Source: a virus (Duplodnaviria > Caudoviricetes). Taken from it: a DNA stretch of 64,000 nt. This document shows, one piece after another, positions 57,686-64,000 of the stretch. How positions within the stretch are numbered: the first letter of the stretch is position 1; each line of letters opens with the position of its first letter. The DNA lies in IMG/VR virus record IMGVR_UViG_3300045596_000094, positions 64,001-128,000 of that record; one strand, given 5' to 3'. The notes beneath the pieces were generated by a model. The model saw only the letters and a program-made list of their open reading frames with translations. It was not told the origin of the DNA and made no database searches. Made by a program: the position numbers and the translations under genes.

Positions 57686-58405
57686 TCAGCTTTCTACACC
57701 TAAAACATCTTTCTTCTGTTTGAAATGCATCCAGGAAATTTGCTCGTCATTAAAACCATGTTCAAGCAAAAAGTTTTTTGCTGCCTCTTCGTCCGTAAAG
57801 AATCGAATATCCCCATTTTCATCCAGAATGTACTCGTGCGGGTTTATAGTGATGCCATTTATATTGCGTGCGATACATACGTTCATTTGAGTTCCTTGTT
57901 GGTTTGTTGCGCGTTTGAAGATGGTCTTGACTTCAGTTGACACCGAGTTTGTATCTGTGACTGGATACGCGATTTCCATATCTAAATGGAGATGCAGATC
58001 CAGGATAACTTGACATTCATCTTGGGCTAACCCAGTAATAATGAGTGATCCCCAATTACTGCGGTCTAGATGTCCACGTAAGCTTTCAATAACTTTCTTA
58101 CGATAACGTACAGCGTTCTCGTAGAAATAAGAGTTATGTTCCTGTAGGTGATTAATAGGTTGAAATTCCAGATGTAAGAGAGAACACTGGATACCTTCTA
58201 GTTGCGTAAGTAAATTATCCTGCCAGTCACCGACTGTAGCTGTTGGAAGAACAACATGTAGAGGTGTTAGATTTGGATCGAAATCCAAATCTACTTCCTC
58301 AGCATATTGGCGGAATTCTTCCCAGAACCAAAAACGGAAACCGACGTTACCGCTTAGTTTATTTTGATCAGCCATACCAGTTGTAAGGGCGATAATTTTA
58401 GCCAT
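57686..58405 (-). CDS. Hypothetical protein: paralog of 58448..58933 fused to a 66-aa module with its own SD/ATG (57886)
   Basis: Shared ATVG, L.HL.FQP, YE..V.YR, SNW....TGL..DEC, F.RAT; internal AAGGA-N6-ATG. Confidence 0.75.
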   Translation of the reverse strand: MAKIIALTTGMADQNKLSGNVGFRFWFWEEFRQYAEEVDLDFDPNLTPLHVVLPTATVGDWQDNLLTQLEGIQCSLLHLEFQPINHLQEHNSYFYENAVRYRKKVIESLRGHLDRSNWGSLIITGLAQDECQVILDLHLHLDMEIAYPVTDTNSVSTEVKTIFKRATNQQGTQMNVCIARNINGITINPHEYILDENGDIRFFTDEEAAKNFLLEHGFNDEQISWMHFKQKKDVLGVES

Positions 58406-58447
58406 TTTGTTACTCCAGTTAAAAACGTTTTTAAGTTACGGTTGTGT

Positions 58448-58933
58448 TTAGCGAATAGTCGCGCGCTGAAAAGTCTTTCTGACTTTCCGATCGCCGTTAT
58501 TGTCTACAGTTAAATTGAATGCCACATCTACAATGTCACCACACTCATCCAAGTCTAATCCAGTGAGGACAATATTCTCCCAGTTGGATTTCGCAAGCAA
58601 CACGGGAAGCCATTTTAATATCGCGTTACGGTATATCACTTGAGCTTCGTAATGTGGGTTTGGGAGACCCAGGTAAGTTTTCGGACCAATCAATGGTTGG
58701 AATTGTAAATGCTGCAAACCTACTGGCATTTCTTTGAGGATCTTAATCTGTTTAATGGTTGACCACCCCACAGTCGCTGGTGGGACTATGGTGTGCCATT
58801 GACCACGAACATTTAGATCACTATTTTGAATAAGGTAATGCTTGACTTTATTACCAAAGGTTTTAAGAAAGAGATAGCCTGAATACTCTTCTACTGGGAT
58901 ATTTCCTGTCGCCAGAATAATGGATTTAGTCAT
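58448..58933 (-). CDS. Hypothetical protein, paralog of 57686..58405
   Basis: End-to-end motif conservation with the neighbour; AGGA SD. Confidence 0.75.
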   Translation of the reverse strand: MTKSIILATGNIPVEEYSGYLFLKTFGNKVKHYLIQNSDLNVRGQWHTIVPPATVGWSTIKQIKILKEMPVGLQHLQFQPLIGPKTYLGLPNPHYEAQVIYRNAILKWLPVLLAKSNWENIVLTGLDLDECGDIVDVAFNLTVDNNGDRKVRKTFQRATIR

Positions 58934-58952
58934 GATTTAGATTCCTGAAATG

Positions 58953-59405
58953 TTATTTGATTTCGCCGATTTTAAACCAGCGATTACGGGTGGTGATGAG
59001 TTTATTACTAAGTTCGTTTATTTCCACATCCGTAAGAAAACGCAGCCTGTCGGTAATCGCCTCACCAACAAAGATTACATGTTTAGGTTTAAATGTTTTC
59101 TTACGCACAATTGTTCCCAGTTCAGAAAGGGTTTCACTGATACCGTCAACTGCAGATAACGGTAGTTTATCTACCTTATCAAACTCTACAATAATAAACC
59201 CTTCGTAGTCGGCAACAGCTTTTAGAGTCTCGGAGAATTGACCCTTGTGTTTAGGGTTTATTCTCAAGTAGATGTAGTCGTCGGGTAATACATCTCGTTT
59301 AGCTTTCTCAATCAGCCGACTTAAAGGTCCGCGATAAATGCTTTCAAATTTCTCTGGGTTAAATCCGCGCAAATTTGGTAGGTAAACGACTGCTGGTTTT
59401 GACAT
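58953..59405 (-). CDS. Hypothetical protein (150 aa)
   Basis: ORF with AGGGA SD. Confidence 0.75.
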   Translation of the reverse strand: MSKPAVVYLPNLRGFNPEKFESIYRGPLSRLIEKAKRDVLPDDYIYLRINPKHKGQFSETLKAVADYEGFIIVEFDKVDKLPLSAVDGISETLSELGTIVRKKTFKPKHVIFVGEAITDRLRFLTDVEINELSNKLITTRNRWFKIGEIK

Positions 59406-59426
59406 GTGAAAGATCCCTGAATTTAA

Positions 59427-59969
59427 TTAATGGCTATAAGTAAAATAAACAACTTCTTCCGGAGAGATACCTTTTACTCCAGGAATAATAAAACCCACCC
59501 GAGCAGATTTCCAAAATAAACCTTTACGATATTTAACATCGCTGATAAACATTAAACCCTCAGGTAATCCGTTAGGTGTGCCGATAAAGGTTCGCTCTAC
59601 TTTAAAACTGCTCCCATCAATACCCTGAGTATATTGGAGAACGTAACGGGTATGATCAGACACGTACGCTGTCAGTCGTTCCCTGACGCTTCTCTGGGGA
59701 TAATCGGATAAGGTAGTCTGCATGTTGGCTTGAGGTTCGATCACAGCTTCAGCGTGTCTTCTATCCACGGTGAGAATAATACTGTTATCCGCTGTGGTTT
59801 GATACGTGATATTTGATTCACCTTCAACCTCAGGTGTGGCGTAACGGAAAGTAGTTCGATCAATTAATTCCGCTTTAGCAAAAGGAATAATCGACATATA
59901 GACAACGAAAAGAAATAGACAAGCTTTAATTAGTTTGTTCACAAGGAAATACCTGAAAGAATATAACAT
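59427..59969 (-). CDS. Exported protein with signal peptide, paralog of 60078..60614
   Basis: K-rich n-region, hydrophobic core, AKA| cleavage motif. Confidence 0.7.
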   Translation of the reverse strand: MLYSFRYFLVNKLIKACLFLFVVYMSIIPFAKAELIDRTTFRYATPEVEGESNITYQTTADNSIILTVDRRHAEAVIEPQANMQTTLSDYPQRSVRERLTAYVSDHTRYVLQYTQGIDGSSFKVERTFIGTPNGLPEGLMFISDVKYRKGLFWKSARVGFIIPGVKGISPEEVVYFTYSH

Positions 59970-60077
59970 ACCCTACTCTAGATCGCACTGTGTGGCGATT
60001 ATAGGGTTATTTATGCGATTAATGATAAATGATAAGTAAACTATTTTAAATTGGCTTAGAAAGGAAATGAGAAGTGA

Positions 60078-60614
60078 TTAGAATAACGGTGCGGGATAAA
60101 CGAAGAAGAGTTTATCACCCAGACTATTACTTAACTCACCCATGGAGATCATGCCGGCACGAACGGAATGGTTCACTCCATTTTTCTTGAATTGTACCTC
60201 GACGATCATCAATGCGTCATCACTAGCATTTCCATACGGATGGTTGCCAATATAGACAGCACCTGTAGACATCTGATTCTCAGGGATGTCAAAAGCGTAA
60301 CCCACCGCATAATACGCAACGGATTTGATATAATCTAGTAACTCAGCTTTGTCTTTCTGATTGCCGCTTTGGAAACGTACATCATACTGAGGTCCAACAT
60401 AGGCATATTTTTCGAATCGCTCTTTACCGTCGGTGTAGTTGTTGTAAATAATAACCGCACCGCCATCTGTCGTTGTGCCAAGAACATGGTCTTCACCCAT
60501 CTCAATTACGTTTAAGGGAATAGCCCCAATGTGTTTGACTTCTTTAGGGGTGGTGGCATTTGATAAACCGCAAGAAAGTATCAAGAGAGCTGTAGTGAAA
60601 ATTGATTTTAACAT
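60078..60614 (-). CDS. Exported protein with signal peptide
   Basis: MLKSIFTTALLILSCGLSNA|; first gene after the promoter repeat. Confidence 0.75.
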   Translation of the reverse strand: MLKSIFTTALLILSCGLSNATTPKEVKHIGAIPLNVIEMGEDHVLGTTTDGGAVIIYNNYTDGKERFEKYAYVGPQYDVRFQSGNQKDKAELLDYIKSVAYYAVGYAFDIPENQMSTGAVYIGNHPYGNASDDALMIVEVQFKKNGVNHSVRAGMISMGELSNSLGDKLFFVYPAPLF

Positions 60615-60651
60615 GAGATATATTCCAGAGAGTTAAAGGTTAGTTAGTACC

Positions 60652-60686
60652 ATTCAAGTTTATAGTGTATATGTGAAAATATTTTA
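60652..60686 (-). promoter_or_regulatory. Early-type phage RNAP promoter motif (35-bp exact repeat, copy 2)
   Basis: Identical to 47438..47472. Confidence 0.8.
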
Positions 60687-60703
60687 GATGACATAAATAA
60701 GCC

Positions 60704-60725
60704 CTGAGTGCCCGAAGGCACCCAG
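60704..60725 (-). terminator. cUUCGg intrinsic terminator
   Basis: Minus CTGGGTGCC-TTCG-GGCACTCAG then GGCTTATTTATG. Confidence 0.75.
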
Positions 60726-60751
60726 AGTTTATCTTTTACTTTAATGAAGTA

Positions 60752-61993
60752 TTACGCTTCAGCTTTCTTGTCTGCTTTACGTAATGTGCTTGCAGCAGCG
60801 GCACCTACAGCATTTGCGTAGCCCACGATCGTACCAACAATACGCTGTTCAACGTTTACTTGTTGAGTCCAGATCTTAACTAACTTACGACGCGCGCTTA
60901 AACGAGCCAAACCCTTTTCGTCAGCAGTGGCTTCTTTGATAGAACCCTTGATAGATTCAGAAACTTGCTTACGAACACCTTTAGCAGAATCGTAATCTTT
61001 CGCAACTTTGACCATGTTTTTAGCAACACCGATACTAGCTAAGATTTCGCTTTGAGATAGTTGTACTTCTTTAGCAGTACCTTCGCGACGTTCTAAGCTT
61101 ACTGCACCTTCACTCGTACGGCCGATTGTATAGCCAGGAAGAGCATCAGTGCCTTTAACTTTGTCAAATGCGCGAGTCGATTTAACAACTGCTTCGCTTA
61201 CTTGATCAGCAGTGAGGTCAGCTTGTTTAGCGAGAACTGCGAGGTCAGCGTACTTAGTGGTTACTAAAGCTTTACCTACTTCAAGGATCGAACCTAAATC
61301 GCCAGCTTTGATGTTACCGTCCAATACAGCTGGAACTTTAGCAACACCAAATGCGCCTTTATGTTCACGTACAGCTTTATCAACGGCATTCAAACGAGAT
61401 TCGGTACGGCCAGCACCAGTAAGAATTGATTTCAAGAATTCTACTAGGTTAGCGATTAATTTATCAAGCAAAGCACCCAATTGAGATGCGCCAGCTTTCA
61501 ATGTTTCCGCAATACCTTCCATTGAAGTTTCAATTTCTGCGTTTGGAGCTAATTCGATAGATTCAACTGAAGCAACACCGCAATCTGCAGTTGTTAAGCC
61601 AAAGCGACCAACAGCATTATCTACAGCCACATGTGTCATGCGTGCGAATGCCGGAGTGATTTCCATACCTTCTGCCGCTACGTTTGCCAGTGTGAAGTAA
61701 ATTGATTCAAGAGAATCTAATGAGTTATCGAGTTCTTCGACATCATTCGCTACCGCATCACCTTCAGCTTGAACTTCTTGTACTTCTAATTCAGAAGCTT
61801 CAGGAGTTTCTGAAGTATCTAAAGGAACTGCATCAACGTCCACTTCAGAAGCTGTTTCTACAACTTCAGGAGTTTCTTGTTCGCCGCCTTCAGTTTCAGC
61901 ATTGATGTTGATGTTTACATCATTCTCTTCTAATGATGTATTTAGTGTTTTTGCAAAGCCTGCGCCTAGGCGTGCTGTGTTAACTTGAGACAT
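60752..61993 (-). CDS. Internal head/inner-body protein (phiKZ gp93-97 paralog family-like)
   Basis: Acidic propeptide with multiple S/A-x-E sites (TSLE, DSLE, ASVE, TSME|GI); Ala/Lys-rich mature part. Confidence 0.75.
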   Translation of the reverse strand: MSQVNTARLGAGFAKTLNTSLEENDVNININAETEGGEQETPEVVETASEVDVDAVPLDTSETPEASELEVQEVQAEGDAVANDVEELDNSLDSLESIYFTLANVAAEGMEITPAFARMTHVAVDNAVGRFGLTTADCGVASVESIELAPNAEIETSMEGIAETLKAGASQLGALLDKLIANLVEFLKSILTGAGRTESRLNAVDKAVREHKGAFGVAKVPAVLDGNIKAGDLGSILEVGKALVTTKYADLAVLAKQADLTADQVSEAVVKSTRAFDKVKGTDALPGYTIGRTSEGAVSLERREGTAKEVQLSQSEILASIGVAKNMVKVAKDYDSAKGVRKQVSESIKGSIKEATADEKGLARLSARRKLVKIWTQQVNVEQRIVGTIVGYANAVGAAAASTLRKADKKAEA

Positions 61994-62152
61994 TACGTTA
62001 CTCCGTAGTATTATAACTATTGCAATAGTCGTGAATCTGGTTCACATATAATGCTTAGCGTTTTCTGGGATTTCCTAAACGAAATCACGAGAGATTCATT
62101 CACAATATCTGTAAAACGGAACCCCAGTATAAATTCATATCATTGCGACGGT

Positions 62153-62186
62153 AGAGAATGGACTGCCCTAGGGCAGTCCATTCTCT
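62153..62186. repeat. Perfect 34-bp palindrome, CCCTAGGG family
   Basis: AGAGAATGGACTGCCCTAGGGCAGTCCATTCTCT. Confidence 0.9.
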
Positions 62187-62773
62187 TATTCTAGACAGTT
62201 TTCGATAAAGGCGATAACTTCTTTTTCAGCAACGTTACGATACCCGTCAGCAATGCCTTTCAGGAAAGATAGTTCTGTCTCGGATTGGCTCTTTACGTTA
62301 TTAGCTAACCCTTTAGCTGACTCTAACTTAGATACAACTTTCAGAAGCTGTTCTTTGGTTTTAGACGGTCTCATCGAGTAAGTCTTTCCGCCAACCGCTC
62401 GTTTTGCTGAGGCTTTACCATTGTTGATAGAAACAAATGCACCAAGCATCGTTCGGTCTTTCCAGTTCGAAATATCCTTCCCTTTCATAACGGTGTGGTA
62501 AAGAGTAATTGTGGTAAACACACCTGTTTCCAATGCGTCACTAATATCCTGACAACTTAGCTTTTCACCACTGAAATCACTGAAACTAAATTTTTGCTCG
62601 AATGGTTCAGTTACTAAATCCTTTTCAGCGATCTTGCGTCGAAGCTGATCGAGATCCGCCGGTTTCGCATTGTGGTTTTTAAACCAATTCTTAATTGTTT
62701 CTAACATCCCTTCTTGTGCTACAGAGAAGTTTTCCATTGTAATGAAGTTACCATAGTAGGTACGGCTAGCCAT
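62186..62773 (-). CDS. Small internal head protein
   Basis: SVAQE|GMLETIKNWF: A-x-E site plus amphipathic helix. Confidence 0.65.
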   Translation of the reverse strand: MASRTYYGNFITMENFSVAQEGMLETIKNWFKNHNAKPADLDQLRRKIAEKDLVTEPFEQKFSFSDFSGEKLSCQDISDALETGVFTTITLYHTVMKGKDISNWKDRTMLGAFVSINNGKASAKRAVGGKTYSMRPSKTKEQLLKVVSKLESAKGLANNVKSQSETELSFLKGIADGYRNVAEKEVIAFIENCLE

Positions 62774-62809
62774 GACTTAGTCCAAAAATTTAGTGATAGG
62801 GTCATAGAA

Positions 62810-62833
62810 TCATAGGGTCCGAAGACCCTATGA
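62810..62833 (-). terminator. cUUCGg hairpin
   Basis: TCATAGGGTC-CGAA-GACCCTATGA on plus. Confidence 0.7.
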
Positions 62834-62846
62834 CTACGTATTTTAT

Positions 62847-64000
62847 TTAGTCTTCGACAGCGGCACGATTCTCAGCAGCTTTCGCAGGATCTTTATCATC
62901 CGCTTGAGTTGCTTTACGTGATTTCTCAGCGTAGTTAATTAATGAATCACAATTGTAAGCAAACGCCTTTGCAATTTTACCTTGATCGCCATAGAGACCA
63001 ATGGCCAAACGATGTGCAAGATTACGAATAACATAAACAGCAACGCGAGGGACTGCGTCTTTACGTTCTTCTTTAACATTAAACGCTGATTCTAAAGCCT
63101 TGTCGTAGGCTTTTCGCATCACTTCGTTTCTACGTCCGAAAGTTCGGTAATGTGTGATCAATTTACCCAAAATTGCAATAACGATCTTCATTAAATCAGC
63201 CTGCTGGTTAGACGTCAATGTTTGAATTTCATTCCCAGACCAGTTATCATTAGTTGTTTTGATAGTAATCGATGGGAAAGCTTTTTCCTTTATTGTTACA
63301 TCAACCGTAGGTTTGAAGTCTGTAACGATGATGTGTTGATTTCCAAACAGAGGTAGCGATCGATGCGCAATCAAATTTGCTGTGTTCTTCCCATCCAGCG
63401 GGTGGTTCGCTTTAGAAATCGATGGAAACACTGAAGATAATTTAGGTAGTCCGTTAGACGGTACTTTGGTAAGTCGGACGGCAGATTTATCGACCGTACC
63501 CTGAGCGACAGCTCCGATAACCGGAGCGAATAGTAGAAGTAAAGGTATATCTTTAAAAGGATAATCGGTTTCTTTCTGGGCAGCCACGGCAGCTTTATTT
63601 GCAAGAGAAAGATATTCTTCAGCGAGTTTCTGGTCACTGCCACTAAATAACTCATCAGTAATTGTTTGAAGGTACTGAGCTGTCTTTAACACAGTAGCCG
63701 CCTCTGGCACTTTACCGTCCAAGATAAGATCGCTACAAAGATCATCATCAACGATGGTTTTCAATCCAGATTCACGATTTGAGTTATTGATCTGACCCAG
63801 CACAGCTTGTGCGCGTTTGAGGTTACGGTCTAATAATGGAGTTAAACTTTTCGCTAAACCGGCAATATTGTTGAAACCTTCCAAAATGCGGTGAGCCATT
63901 TTCTCAGTAACGCTAGCGATTGCGTCACCAACGCCTTCTAGTGAAACATCAGTAGCGTACGATGCCGTACCAGTTGCATCAAATGCCTCCATAGACGCCA
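62847..64000 (-). CDS. Internal head protein, N-terminus beyond window end
   Basis: Frame stays open past the track ATG at 63992 (..ASME|AFD..VSLE|GVG); typical processed head-protein motifs. Confidence 0.75.
   Translation of the reverse strand, partial: ASMEAFDATGTASYATDVSLEGVGDAIASVTEKMAHRILEGFNNIAGLAKSLTPLLDRNLKRAQAVLGQINNSNRESGLKTIVDDDLCSDLILDGKVPEAATVLKTAQYLQTITDELFSGSDQKLAEEYLSLANKAAVAAQKETDYPFKDIPLLLLFAPVIGAVAQGTVDKSAVRLTKVPSNGLPKLSSVFPSISKANHPLDGKNTANLIAHRSLPLFGNQHIIVTDFKPTVDVTIKEKAFPSITIKTTNDNWSGNEIQTLTSNQQADLMKIVIAILGKLITHYRTFGRRNEVMRKAYDKALESAFNVKEERKDAVPRVAVYVIRNLAHRLAIGLYGDQGKIAKAFAYNCDSLINYAEKSRKATQADDKDPAKAAENRAAVED

Noticed and set aside
1-64000. Stop-codon reassignment, introns or inteins
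   Set aside because: Standard-code ORFs tile the window densely; core genes look uninterrupted and of expected size; no intein or homing endonuclease motifs noticed.

Overview
Segment of a phiKZ-like jumbo phage genome (Chimalliviridae-type gene content and order; chimallin/PhuZ are not in this window, so nucleus formation is inferred from lineage only). About 40% GC by eye, and almost all genes are on the minus strand. Conserved core: paralogous inner-head proteins with S/A-x-E protease sites, virion structural genes, thymidylate kinase, DnaB helicase (+), major capsid protein, a non-virion RNA polymerase beta-like subunit, portal (+), a baseplate-type protein and a RuvC-like resolvase. Three accessory features interrupt the core. 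(1) A ~23.6 kb modular tail/adhesin locus (4.3-27.9 kb) built from two paralogous N-terminal anchor families, carrying 14 Ig-like domains, six ~160-aa repeats of unknown type and 42 DUF285/BspA-type repeats. (2) Two early-type accessory islands, each opened by a hairpin plus an identical 35-bp promoter-like repeat. (3) A 640-bp structured, strand-skewed non-coding region (57046-57685) with TACTCTA repeats, a candidate origin or ncRNA. Intergenic hairpins fall into two families: minus-strand UUCG terminators tolerating G-U pairs, and five perfect 26-34 bp palindromes centred on CCCTAGGG. All family assignments are from motif recognition and synteny, not database searches.
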